From NCBI GenBank assembly GCA_964016885.1, contig OZ024757.1, positions 43,710,001 through 43,774,000 on the forward strand: a DNA stretch of 64,000 bases. Direction: 5' to 3'. Under the pieces are notes generated by a model, which was not told the origin of the DNA, searched no databases, and saw only the letters and a list, made by a program, of their open reading frames with translations. Both the position numbers and the translations under genes were made by a program. The DNA comes from Eledone cirrhosa (taxonomy: Eukaryota). This document shows positions 9,474 through 22,886 of the stretch, piece after piece (position 1 is the first letter of the stretch; the number at the start of each line of letters is the position of its first letter).

Positions 9474-10118
9474 AATGAATATTTATTCAATTTAAAGCGC
9501 CAATTATCTATATATAACAAGATATGAATTTTTCTAGGGATGGGGAAATTTTCAGTTTGTTTTTATATTTTCACTTCATTTTTTACTTTCTATTTAATAC
9601 AGTCTTTGATCCAATATAATCCTGACAGTATTTGAACCAGTTTACCTCATATATATGTATGCACACACAACACTCAAGTTTCGCCATCTACTGCTATTTC
9701 ATTCATATTTATTGTTTAATTAACTCTGGACTAATTCATCAACTATTGTTAATTATATTATTACGTAGATTTCTTATAAAATCTAGTGCATATATACGTG
9801 TATATATACAGGGAGACACTGTGTAATAGATGTAAAGAGAGTGGGAGATAGAGTTATAGAAGTAAAGAGAGGGAGAGAAATAAGCGGTAGATAGAGCAAT
9901 AGATGTAAAGAGAGGGTTAGAACGTTCAACTTGACAGTCAGTACATATGCCAACTACCCAACCGGCCAGCCAGCCGTATTTGCGGTTGACTGGCCAGTTG
10001 GGCGGTTGGTATGTGGAACGTTCAACTACGCAGTCAGTACCAAAGTTCAACATTGTAGCCAGTGCATATGCCGATCGCCGCGACCTCTTTGCTCTATTTA
10101 AATGACCTGGAACTAAGT

Positions 10119-10231
10119 AAAAAGAGTAGGAGATAACTCGACAAGAGCGGAGAGGGTGAGATTCGAACCATGTAAAGTCGTTGGCTCCTGAACTTCGTAA
10201 GCGGGGCTGCTACTGACTGAGCAACGCCGGC
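10119..10231 (-). ncRNA. tRNA-like Pol III cassette, copy 2
   Basis: Same sequence as 259-371. Confidence 0.5.
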
Positions 10232-11007
10232 AGCAAGGCAAATCGCGCATAAAATAACGCTTATATCGACAAAAAAAAAAAAAAAATTTCAATGTTGCAC
10301 TCTTGTTTGTTGTTCTTTTATTTTACGTAAACATTTCGCTGCTCTAGCCTCTTATTTCCTATTAGATTACACTTAATTCCATTAAACATTCATTCTTAGT
10401 CTCGTGGTAAACTATTTCATCTATATTTATATCGCTGTTACAGCCTTTTATTTCTACATCTATCACCTATAGCCACTGTTACGCCGGTAGTATAAGTAGC
10501 TTTATAACAAGAAACGATGATATAACTCCACAAAATGTCTTCTTCAGCAAGACACTTCACTTCATATTGCTCCAGTACACCGAGTTACACATAGACAGAT
10601 ACATACATACACATATATATGTACACAGATAGAAATAAGAGGGAGATAGAGTAAAAGATGTAAAGATAGTGTAAAAGATTTAAAGAGAGGGTGAGAGTGT
10701 GACACACATTTATCTGTCTATCTCTCTCTATTTTAACACCGGTCGTTATAATTAGTTTTATAACACCGCTATATTACCGACATGAAAGAGGTAAATAATT
10801 ATTTCTTAAATGTTTAGAACATGTTTCTCTTGTCTTCTTAAATGTATAGAACATGTTTCTTATTTATATTCTTAACATAGCTAGGACCTTATCTCATTTA
10901 CTGGTCTCTACTTTTAGGGCTTTGCTGGTCCCATGTGCCCTCCATGAAGACACACTCGCCCCTTCTCTCTCAGTCTCCGTACTAATTACTACACATACGT
11001 ATATATA

Positions 11008-13248
11008 TTTATTTTAAGAAACCTTAATGACAAATAATATAAAGTGTTTGTAAAGTGGGGAAGAGTAGTTTTACGGTGGGGTTGTTATATAGATATCGTT
11101 TTTGCAGTGGGGTCGTGACTGGCGTATAATAATGAGTCACTGTTGATGTATATACAAATCATATTTTGGATATAAGTGAAGTTATTTAAGAGATTTAGTT
11201 GTTTTGTATACATTCCAGTTGTTGTCTCCCTGTTTCTTCTTCAACAACTATAACGGTACGCGATGGGGCCCACCCACAGCCCCGGCGGACAGAATGGAGA
11301 AGGCGTTTCCCCGGAGCACGGCAAGGGAGACGCGCTGGAAAAGCCACTCCAACTCGCGGGGCTCACACCTGCGACTGGCCAGCTCAGCGCCTATGGTGGT
11401 GAGTAAGGAGGTAGCCCTGGGGTCGAGGACACCAGAAGTCTCCACTTCCAGGGGTACGACCGCAAACCTGTCGGAGAGTGAACGATATGTGAGGAGTTTG
11501 GCCCTCTCAGCCTGACGTGCAGCAGAACCTGGGCCAGTCGCAGACTGCACCAGGTTGCGGCTGCAGAAAGTGTCGGTGCAAGTGGCATCCCAGACGAGGG
11601 GTTTGCCACCGCGGAACGGGAAGATGGTCATGCCATCTGGCCTTTTGCCGTCCCCTGGAGCTGGGAAGGGAAGCCTGCAGCGTCCAAGCCATGCTTAATG
11701 ATTTCGTTGAGGGCAGCATGGCGTGGATTGCGGCTGGCACTGTGGCGACAGGAAAGCGGGTGGAGGCCGAAAGAGTCCATGGTGGAACGGCAGCGACATT
11801 GGTGTGAGGCCGAGCCTCAGGGAAACGCCGATGCGCAAGCTATGGTTGTCTAGCTGCGTGCGAGTGGAGAAGGAGGGCAGGGCATGGAGCCAGGCCCCAC
11901 TGTGGGGTTTGGAGGCCGCACGAAAACAAACAAGGCGGTGCTGGTCGAGCTGGCACGTGAGCCTGTCTGAGGCCAGGCTGCACTGGATGGCATCCCAAGT
12001 GTGTTGGGGGGACTTGACGTCAACAGGGGGAGAAGGAGGAGGAACGTCTACTGGGCTAAGTCCCAGCCGGTGCCACGTCTCACAGGCGGCCACGCGTTCT
12101 CTGAACACAGAGGGTTCTGTTGTGTTTTGAAGAACCCTGCTGAGGTGGACGTGGTACGAGGTTACCGACGAAAGATACGCCGGCAAAGCTAGTGAGATCG
12201 GGGACTGGAGGCGAAGGTCGCCATACCTGATAGGTAAAGTTGCATATCTCATCGGCTGCTGCTCGGATACAAGTCTGGGTGTAGCACAGAGTGTATAGAG
12301 GAGCTTCGGCATGGCGTAGCAGTTCCTCAGCAGAAAGAGAACTGGGTGGCCATCAATCAAGCCCAGTCGGCTCGTGAGAGTCTGAACTTGATGGTGGAGC
12401 GGATGGCCGGCGGGTGGATCGGTGAGGGCATCCTCTTTGGGGGTCACCTGAACCTGGCGGAGAATGGACCGCACGTCCAAGACGGAGATTGCAAAGCTTG
12501 CAGCATCGAGGCTGACATTCACCACCTCCGACTTGGCTGAGTTGACCTGGAGGTCGATTCCCGCCAGGGCAGGAACCACCGATTGAAGGTCATGGCAGAA
12601 CGCCTGTACGGGCCCACCCAAAGTAGCATCATCCAGATACCAAACGTTGAGAGGGGCCGTTATACTCCGGGCGATGTGGTCAATACCAAGGGTGAACAGG
12701 AGGGGTCCCAAAGGGTTGCCCTGTTGGATCCCAGTAGCCAAGGGTATGACCGTATCAGCAGCATGTCGCATGCTCGGGGCTCCATATGACAGCTAGGCAG
12801 AGGGGGCTCGGCTGAGGCAGGCCTCGAGCAGATGATCCCAGCGTAAAGAGTTGAAGGCATTCCTCATGTCAAACTTGACAATGAGGTGGCTGGAGTCCCT
12901 GGATGCCGGTTCCGAGTGTTACGGACTTGCAGGTTACCTTGGCAGCCAGCCTCCGGAAGACATTGCCCACAGCAATGGGGCGTATGCCATCCTCTTTCTT
13001 CCTGAGAGCGGTGAGGCTGGCCGAAAAAAAGAGGCCTCGAGCATAAGAGTCCAGGGCGCCATGGATGAGCCTATTGGTGAGCGCCACAATTGCACTCAGA
13101 AGGCGGCGCCCGGCCTCAGCGGAGAGGGGAGATATCAACTCCTTGAGGAGGCCTGGTCAGAGACCATCAACATCTCCGCAGCTGCTAGCTGGGAAGGACC
13201 TGATGGCGGACATGATGTCTGCATCAGAAGCCACAAGGAGCAAGTGTG
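11008..13248 (-). mobile_element. CRE-clade non-LTR retrotransposon relic, copy 2 (long allele)
   Basis: ORF pieces 11248-11631, 11695-12771 and 12869-13138, as in copy 1. Confidence 0.9.
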
Positions 13249-13697
13249 GATTACAATACAAAACCTCTGAGAATGATTTCTAAGATATTTCACCATAATT
13301 AATTTTCATCAATATATATTAATATTATTATTGTTTATTAGGTCAGGTGGATTGGCCAGAACAATTCTACTCTTCTTTTTTAGATGTCACGATTTTTCAT
13401 GGCATTCCTGAGATCATTAATCTCCAGCTGGAGATCCAGAGACATCTGATGTATGTAGGTGAACCTCAGTCATCCCACTTGGGTCTTACTATGTTTAGGT
13501 ATCCACCACAGGAGCCAGCTCATCAGGTCATCCTACCCTCAGCAGCAATGTCCAGCATCTATTGATTTCCGCTCCCTAGTTATTGTGGTAATCTTCGATA
13601 TCTGGGAATATATTTCTTCTGCTTAAGGGAGTAATAAATATATAGTTTTAAAAAAAACATATATATACACACACATATATATATGTTGTCATTTATA

Positions 13698-13842
13698 AGA
13701 GTTCTCTATCAAAAGCCTTCTCTATGTCCAAAGCTAAGTATAGTGGCTTATTTTTCTCTAAGAACCTCTTTTGTAGTTGTCTCACTAAGAAGAGGGCATC
13801 TGTTGCACTTTTCAGCGGCACAAAACCAAACTGCATCTCATA
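13698..13842 (-). mobile_element. Short RTE RT fragment
   Basis: EMQFGFVPLKSATDALFLVRQLQKRFLEKNKPLYLALDIEKAFDR is homologous to the RT at 6120-6260. Present in all B units and cut at its 5' side in A units (3860-3981). Confidence 0.85.
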
Positions 13843-13880
13843 CATATACATACATACATACATATACACATACATACATA

Positions 13881-14232
13881 CATCATCATCATCATCATCA
13901 TCATTTCGTTTTAAGTCCGCTTTTTCCCTGCTTGCAAGGGTGGGACGGGAACTGATTCTGGCTTGATTTCTACAGCTGGATGCCCTTCCTAACACCAACC
14001 TCATTTACAGTGAGTGCTGAGTGCTTTTTTGCCGTGGCACCTCCACGACCACTTTGCAGTGGAATGATATGGACCCCAGTCCCTATCATCTCATTTCTAC
14101 AGCTGAGTAAACTGGAGCAATGTGAAATAAAGTGTCTTGCTCAAGGAAACAACACATCACCCGGTCTGAGAATTGAACTCACAACCTTTCGATTGCCAGG
14201 CCAATGCTCGAACCACTAAGCCATGTGCCTCC
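13881..14232 (-). mobile_element. tRNA-derived SINE with RTE-type 3' tail
   Basis: Minus strand: A-box in GGAGGCACATGGCTTAGTGG, B-box GAGTTCAATTC, body CCTTGAGCAAGACAC...CTCAGCTG. The tail GGTGTTAGGAAGGGCATCCAGCTGTAGAAA...(TGA)n is shared with the RTE 3' UTR at 7690-7841. Confidence 0.88.
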
Positions 14233-14734
14233 ATATACATATACATATACATACACATACATATACATACATATATATATACATACATACATATATACAC
14301 ATACATACATACACATACATACACATATACATACATATATATACATACATACACATACATAGATATATATATATACATAATATAAATATACACACATACA
14401 CATGCATAAGCATATACACATAAGTATATTTACATATACACACGTATATATACATATACATACATACATATATACACATACATATATACATACATACACA
14501 CATATACATACATATATACATATACACATACATACATATACATACATATACACATACATATATATATATACATACACACACATATATACATACACACACA
14601 TATATACAAACACATACATATACACATATATACACATACATACACATACATATACATACATATACACATATACACTCATATATACATATACATACATACA
14701 CACACATACATACATATATACATATACATACATA
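14233..14734. repeat. Compound (TA/CA/TACA)n microsatellite, about 500 bp, in each B unit
   Basis: Directly visible; source of the spurious YIHT/MYVC ORFs. Confidence 0.95.
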
Positions 14735-15282
14735 AAGACAAATCCACCTCATGGACGAGAATGCAAGGGCTCCTCCTCTTTGTTTCGGCCGCGGATGGCT
14801 AACCCTAACCCCATCCCCGCTCCCCACTGCTCCCAACCTCCAAACGCAATCCAAAACTTCAGAGTTGGTACCATTAATGTAGGCACCTTATAGGGTGGCT
14901 CTAACGAGGTTGTAGAAATGCTTGAACGTAAGGAGGTCGATGTTTGTTGTATTCAAGAGACCAGGTGGAGGGGTGGGTCTGCTAGATTCATCGTGGGTAA
15001 AGAACGATGCTATACGCTTTTCTGTGTGGCAAATGACAATGGGCTGGGTATACACATACCACCCCACCTCCCCACCGCAAAGTGGTCGTGGAGGCGCCGC
15101 GGCCAAAAAGCACCCAGCCCACACTGTAAAGCTGACGTGGAGGTGCCACGGAAAAAAAAAAGCACCCAGCACTCACTGCAAACGGGGTTGGCGTCAGGAA
15201 GGGCACCCAGCTGTAGAAACCAATCCAGAATCAGCTCCCACCCCACCCTTGCAAGCATGGAAAAGCGGACGTATGATGAAGT

Positions 15283-15285
<3 letters not shown>
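14735..15285 (+). mobile_element. Bipartite non-autonomous RTE derivative (5' UTR + APE N-terminus fused to 3' UTR)
   Basis: [38 protein letters not shown]...GLG (N-terminal motifs of the apurinic endonuclease) joined at about 15050 directly to the RTE 3' tail, which ends in GACGTATGATGAAGTTGA(TA)n. Confidence 0.85.
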
Positions 15286-15343
<58 letters not shown>

Positions 15344-16082
15344 TATATATATACACATATATATATACACACATATATATCAGTGTACATATATATACAT
15401 ATATATATATATATAAATGAATATTTATTCAATTTAAAGCGCCAATTATCTATATATAACAAGATATGAATTTTTCTAGGGATGGGGAAATTTTCAGTTT
15501 GTTTTTATATTTTCACTTCATTTTTTACTTTCTATTTAATACAGTCTTTGATCCAATATAATCCTGACAGTATTTGAACCAGTTTACCTCATATATATGT
15601 ATGCACACACAACACTCAAGTTTCGCCATCTACTGCTATTTCATTCATATTTATTGTTTAATTAACTCTGGTCTAATTCATCAACTATTGTTAATTATAT
15701 TATTACGTAGATTTCTTATAAAATCTAGTGCATATATACGTGTATATATACAGGGAGACACTGTAATAGATGTAAAGAGAGTGGGAGATAGAGTTATAGA
15801 AGTAAAGAGAGGGGGAGAACTAAGCGGTAGATAGAGTAATAGATGTAAAGAGAGGGTTAGAACGTTCAACTTGACAGTCAGTACAATGTTCAGCATGGTA
15901 GCCAGTACATATGCCAACTACCCAACCGGCCAGCCAGCCGCATATGCGGTTGACTGGCCAGTTGGGCGGTTGGTATGTGGAACGTTCAACTACGCAGTCA
16001 GTACCAAAGTTCAACATTGTAGCCAGTGCATATGCCGATCGCCGCGCCCTCTTTGCTCTATTTTAATGACCTGGAACTAAGT

Positions 16083-16195
16083 AAATAGAGTAGGAGATAA
16101 CTCGACAAGAGCGGAGAGGGTGAGATTCGAACCATGTAAAGTCGTTGGCTCCTGAACTTCGTAAGCGGGGCTGCTACTGACTGAGCAGCGCCGGC
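16083..16195 (-). ncRNA. tRNA-like Pol III cassette, copy 3 (T-run interrupted)
   Basis: Homologous to 259-371; + strand reads gtaaatagag instead of gtaaaaagag. Confidence 0.5.
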
Positions 16196-16984
16196 AGCAA
16201 GGCAAATCGCGCATAAAATAACGCTTATATCGACAAAAAAAAAAAAAAAATTTCAATGTTGCACTCTTGTTTGTTGTTCTTTTATTTTACGTAAACATTT
16301 CGCTGCTCTAGCCTCTTATTTCCTATTAGATTACACTTAATTCCATTAAACATTCATTCTTAGTCTCGTGGTAAACTATTTCATCTATATTTATATCGCT
16401 GTTACAGCCTTTTATTTCTACATCTATCACCTATAGCCACTGTTACGCCGGTAGTATAAGTAGCTTTATAACAAGAAACGATGATATAACTCCACAAAAT
16501 GTCTTCTTCAGCAAGACACTTCACTTCATATTGCTCCAGTACACCGAGTTACACATAGACAGATACATACATACATACACAGATAGAAATGAGAGGTAGA
16601 TAGAGTAAAAGATTTAAAGAGAGTGTGAGAAGTACGAGTTAGATAGTGTAAAAGATTTAAAGAGAGGGTGAGAGTGTGACACACATTTATCTGTCTATCT
16701 CTCTCTATTTTAACACCGGTCGTTATAATTAGTTTTATAACACCGCTATATTACCGACATGAAAGAGGTAAATAATTATTTCTTAAATGTTTAGAACATG
16801 TTTCTCTTGTCTTCTTAAATGTATAGAACATGTTTCTTATTTATATTCTTAACATAGCTAGGACCTTATCTCATTTACTGGTCTCTACTTTTAGGGCTTT
16901 GCTGGTCCCATGTGCCCTCCATGAAGACACACTCGCCCCTTCTCTCTCAGTCTCCGTACTAATTACTACACATACGTATATATA

Positions 16985-19146
16985 TTTATTTTAAGAAACC
17001 TTAATGACAAATAATATAAAGTGTTTGTAAAGTGGGGAAGAGTAGTTTTACGGTGGGGTTGTTATATAGATATCGTTTTTGCAGTGGGGTCGTGACTGGC
17101 GTATAATAATGAGTCACTGTTGATGTATATACAAATCATGTTTTGGATATAAGTGAAGTTATTTAAGAGATTTAGTTGTTTTGTATACATTCATAACGGT
17201 ACGCGATGGGACCCACCCACAGCCCCGGCGGACAGAATGGAGAAGGCGTTTCCCCGGAGCACGGCAAGGGAGACGCGCTGGAAAAGCCACTCCAACTCGC
17301 GGGGCTCACACCTGCGGCTGGCCAGCTCAGCGCTTATGGTGGTGAGTAAGGAGGTAGCCCTGGGGCCGAGGACACCAGAAGTCTCCACTTCCAGGGGTAC
17401 GACCGCAAACCTGTCGGAGAGTGAACGATATGTGAGGAGTTTGGCCCCCTCAGCCTGACGTGCAGCAGAACCTGGGCCAGTCGCAGACTGCACCAGGTTG
17501 CGGCTGCAGAAAGTGTCGGTGCAAGTGGCATCCCAGACGAGGGGTTTGCCACCGCGGAACGGGAAGATGGTCATGCCATCTAGCCTTTTGCCGTCCCCTC
17601 GAGCTGGGAAGGGAAGCCTGCAGCGTCCAAGCCATGCTTAATGACTTCGTTGAGGGCAGCATGGCGTGGATTGCGGGTGGAGGCCGAAAGAGTCCATGGT
17701 GGAACGGCAGCGACATTGGTGTGAGGCCGAGCCTCAGGGAAACGCCGATGCGCAAGCTATTGTTGTCTAGCTGCGTGCGAGTGGAGAAGGAGGGAAGGGC
17801 ATGGAGCCAGGCCCCACTGTGGGGTTTGGAGGCTGCACGAAAACAAACAAGGCGGTGCTGGTCGAGCTGGCACGTGAGCCTGTCTGAGGCCAGGCTGCAC
17901 TGGATGGCATCCCAAGTGTGTTGGGGGGGACTTGACGTCAACAGGGGGAGAAGGAGGAGGAACGTCTACTGGGCTAAGTCCCAGCCGGTCCCACGTCTCA
18001 CAGGCGGCCACGCGTTCTCTGAACACAGAGGGTTCTGCTGAAGAGGACGTGGTACGAGGTTACCGACGAAAGATATGCCGGCAAAGCTAGTGAGATCGGG
18101 GACTGGAGGCGAAGGCCGCCATACCTGACAGGTAAAGTTGCATATCTCATCGGCTGCTGCTCGGATACAAGTTTAGGTGTAGCACAGAGTGTATAGAGGA
18201 GCTTCGGCATGGCGTAGCAGTTCCTCAGCAGAAAGAGAACTGGGTGGCCATCAATCAAGCCCAGTCGGCTCGTGAGAGTCTGAACTTGATGGTGGAGCGG
18301 ATGGCCGGCGGGTGGATCGGTGAGGGCATCCTCTTTGGGGGTCACCTGAACCTGGCGGAGAATGGACCGCACGTCCAAGACGGAGACTGCAAAGCTTGCA
18401 GCATCGAGGCTGACATTCACCACCTCCGACTTGGCTGAGTTGACCTGGAGGTCGATTCCCGCCAGGGCAGGAACCACCGATTGAAGGTCATGGCAGACCG
18501 CCTGTACGGGCCCACCCAAAGTAGCATCATCCAGATACCAAACGTTGAGAGGGGCCGTTATACTCCGGGCGATGTGGTCAATACCAAGGGTGAACAGGAG
18601 GGGTCCCAAAGGGTTGCCCTGTTGGATCCCAGTAGCCAAGGGTATGACCGTATCAGCAGCATGTCGCATGCTCGGGGCTCCATATGACAGCTAGGCAGAG
18701 GGGGCTCGGCTGAGGCAGGCCTCGAGCAGATGATCCCAGCGTAAAGAGTTGAAGGCATTCCTCATGTCAAACTTGACAATGAGGTGGCTGGAGTCCCTGG
18801 ATGCCGGTTCCGAGTGTTACGGACTTGCAGGTTACCTTGGCAGCCAGCCTCCGGAAGACATTGCCCACAGCAATGGGGCGTATACCACCCTCTTTCTTCC
18901 TGAGAGCGGTGAAGCTGGCTGAAAAAAAGAGGCCTCGAGCATAAGAGTCCAGGGCGCCATGGATGAGCCTATTGGTGAGCGCCACAATTGCACTCAGAAG
19001 GCGGCGCCCGGCCTCAGCGGAGAGGGGAGATGTCAACTCCTTGAGGAGGCCTGGTCAGAGACCATCAACATCACCGCAGCTGCTAGCTGGGAAGGACCTG
19101 ATGGCGGACATGATGTCTGCATCAGAAGCCACAAGGAGCAAGTGTG
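16985..19146 (-). mobile_element. CRE-clade non-LTR retrotransposon relic, copy 3 (short allele)
   Basis: ORF pieces 17191-17574, 17998-18669 and 18767-19036; 34-, 26- and 20-bp deletions relative to copy 1. Confidence 0.9.
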
Positions 19147-19778
19147 GATTACAATACAAAACCTCTGAGAATGATTTCTAAGATATTTCACCATAATTAA
19201 TTTTCATCAATATATATTAATATTATTATTGTTTATTAGGTCAGGTGGATTGGCCAGAACAATTCTACTCTTCTTTTTTAGATGTCACGATTTTTCATGG
19301 CATTCCTGAGATCATTAATCTCCAGCTGGAGATCCAGAGACATCTGATGTATGTAGGTGAACCTCAGTCATCCCACTTGGGTCTTACTATGTTTAGGTAT
19401 CCACCACAGGAGCCAGCTCATCAGGTCATCCTACCCTCAGCAGCAATGTCCAGCATCTATTGATTTCCGCTCCCTAGTTATTGTGGTAATCTTCGATATC
19501 TGGGAATATATTTCTTCTGCTTAAGGGAGTAATAAATATATAGTTTTAAAAAAAACATATATATACACACACATATATATATGTTGTCATTTATAAGAGT
19601 TCTCTATCAAAAGCCTTCTCTATGTCCAAAGCTAAGTATAGTGGCTTATTTTTCTCTAAGAACCTCTTTTGTAGTTGTCTCACTAAGAAGAGGGCATCTG
19701 TTGCACTTTTCAGCGGCACAAAACCAAACTGCATCTCATACATATACATACATACATACATATACACATACATACATA

Positions 19779-20130
19779 CATCATCATCATCATCATCATC
19801 ATTTCGTTTTAAGTCCGCTTTTTCCCTGCTTGCAAGGGTGGGACGGGAACTGATTCTGGCTTGATTTCTACAGCTGGATGCCCTTCCTAACACCAACCTC
19901 ATTTACAGTGAGTGCTGAGTGCTTTTTTGCCGTGGCACCTCCACGACCACTTTGCAGTGGAATGATATGGACCCCAGTCCCTATCATCTCATTTCTACAG
20001 CTGAGTAAACTGGAGCAATGTGAAATAAAGTGTCTTGCTCAAGGAAACAACACATCACCCGGTCTGAGAATTGAACTCACAACCTTTCGATTGCCAGGCC
20101 AATGCTCGAACCACTAAGCCATGTGCCTCC
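19779..20130 (-). mobile_element. tRNA-derived SINE with RTE tail, copy
   Basis: Homologous to 13881-14232. Confidence 0.85.
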
Positions 20131-20640
20131 ATATACATATACATATACATACACATACATATACATGCATATATATATACATACATACATATATACACAT
20201 ACATACATACACATACATACACATATACATACATATATATACATACATACACATACATAGATATATATATATACATAATATAAATATACACACATACACA
20301 TACATAAGCATATACACATAAGTATATTTACATATACACACGTATATATACATATACATACATACATATATACACATACATACATATATACATACATACA
20401 CACATATACATACATATATACATATACACATACATACATATACATACATATACACATACATACATATATATATATACATACACACACATATATACATACA
20501 CACACATATATACAAACACATACATATACACATATATACACATACATACACATACATATACATACATATACACATATACACTCATATATACATATACATA
20601 CATACACACACATACATACATATATACATATACATACATA

Positions 20641-21188
20641 AAGACAAATCCACCTCATGGACGAGAATGCAAGGGCTCCTCCTCTTTGTTTCGGCCGCGG
20701 ATGGCTAACCCTAACCCCATCCCCGCTCCCCACTGCTCCCAACCTCCAAACGCAATCCAAAATTTCAGAGTTGGTACCATTAATGTAGGCACCTTATAGG
20801 GTGGCTCTAACGAGGTTGTAGAAATGCTTGAACGTAAGGAGGTCGATGTTTGTTGTATTCAAGAGACCAGGTGGAGGGGTGGGTCTGCTAGATTCATCGT
20901 GGGTAAAGAACGATGCTATACGCTTTTCTGTGTGGCAAATGACAATGGGCTGGGTATACACATACCACCCCACCTCCCCACCGCAAAGTGGTCGTGGAGG
21001 CGCCGCGGCCAAAAAGCACCCAGCCCACACTGTAAAGCTGACGTGGAGGTGCCACGGAAAAAAAAAAGCACCCAGCACTCACTGCAAACGGGGTTGGCGT
21101 CAGGAAGGGCACCCAGCTGTAGAAACCAATCCAGAATCAGCTCCCACCCCACCCTTGCAAGCATGGAAAAGCGGACGTATGATGAAGT

Positions 21189-21191
<3 letters not shown>
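20641..21191 (+). mobile_element. Bipartite RTE derivative, copy
   Basis: Homologous to 14735-15285. Confidence 0.82.
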
Positions 21192-21245
<54 letters not shown>

Positions 21246-21984
21246 TATATATATACACATATATATATACACACATATATATCAGTGTACATATATATAC
21301 ATATATATATATATATAAATGAATATTTATTCAATTTAAAGCGCCAATTATCTATATATAACAAGATATGAATTTTTCTAGGGATGGGGAAATTTTCAGT
21401 TTGTTTTTATATTTTCACTTCATTTTTTACTTTCTATTTAATACAGTCTTTGATCCAATATAATCCTGACAGTATTTGAACCAGTTTACCTCATATATAT
21501 GTATGCACACACAACACTCAAGTTTCGCCATCTACTGCTATTTCATTCATATTTATTGTTTAATTAACTCTGGTCTAATTCATCAACTATTGTTAATTAT
21601 ATTATTACGTAGATTTCTTATAAAATCTAGTGCATATATACGTGTATATATACAGGGAGACACTGTAATAGATGTAAAGAGAGTGGGAGATAGAGTTATA
21701 GAAGTAAAGAGAGGGGGAGAACTAAGCGGTAGATAGAGTAATAGATGTAAAGAGAGGGTTAGAACGTTCAACTTGACAGTCAGTACAATGTTCAGCATGG
21801 TAGCCAGTACATATGCCAACTACCCAACCGGCCAGCCAGCCGCATATGCGGTTGACTGGCCAGTTGGGCGGTTGGTATGTGGAACGTTCAACTACGCAGT
21901 CAGTACCAAAGTTCAACATTGTAGCCAGTGCATATGCCGATCGCCGCGCCCTCTTTGCTCTATTTTAATGACCTGGAACTAAGT

Positions 21985-22097
21985 AAAAAGAGTAGGAGAT
22001 AACTCGACAAGAGCGGAGAGGGTGAGATTCGAACCATGTAAAGTCGTTGGCTCCTGAACTTCGTAAGCGGGGCTGCTACTGACTGAGCAGCGCCGGC
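21985..22097 (-). ncRNA. tRNA-like Pol III cassette, copy 4
   Basis: Homologous to 259-371. Confidence 0.5.
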
Positions 22098-22886
22098 AGC
22101 AAGGCAAATCGCGCATAAAATAACGCTTATATCGACAAAAAAAAAAAAAAAATTTCAATGTTGCACTCTTGTTTGTTGTTCTTTTATTTTACGTAAACAT
22201 TTCGCTGCTCTAGCCTCTTATTTCCTATTAGATTACACTTAATTCCATTAAACATTCATTCTTAGTCTCGTGGTAAACTATTTCATCTATATTTATATCG
22301 CTGTTACAGCCTTTTATTTCTACATCTATCACCTATAGCCACTGTTACGCCGGTAGTATAAGTAGCTTTATAACAAGAAACGATGATATAACTCCACAAA
22401 ATGTCTTCTTCAGCAAGACACTTCACTTCATATTGCTCCAGTACACCGAGTTACACATAGACAGATACATACATACATACACAGATAGAAATGAGAGGTA
22501 GATAGAGTAAAAGATTTAAAGAGAGTGTGAGAAGTACGAGTTAGATAGTGTAAAAGATTTAAAGAGAGGGTGAGAGTGTGACACACATTTATCTGTCTAT
22601 CTCTCTCTATTTTAACACCGGTCGTTATAATTAGTTTTATAACACCGCTATATTACCGACATGAAAGAGGTAAATAATTATTTCTTAAATGTTTAGAACA
22701 TGTTTCTCTTGTCTTCTTAAATGTATAGAACATGTTTCTTATTTATATTCTTAACATAGCTAGGACCTTATCTCATTTACTGGTCTCTACTTTTAGGGCT
22801 TTGCTGGTCCCATGTGCCCTCCATGAAGACACACTCGCCCCTTCTCTCTCAGTCTCCGTACTAATTACTACACATACGTATATATA

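Noticed and set aside
14799-14811. Telomeric repeat CTAACCCTAACCC as a CRE target or telomere seed
   Set aside because: Only two units, not adjacent to the CRE ends, and better explained as the J4/2-P2 part of the RTE 5' structure.
14157-14893. YIHT/MYVC-rich ORFs in the B units
   Set aside because: Translations of TA/CA microsatellites that lack stop codons by composition.
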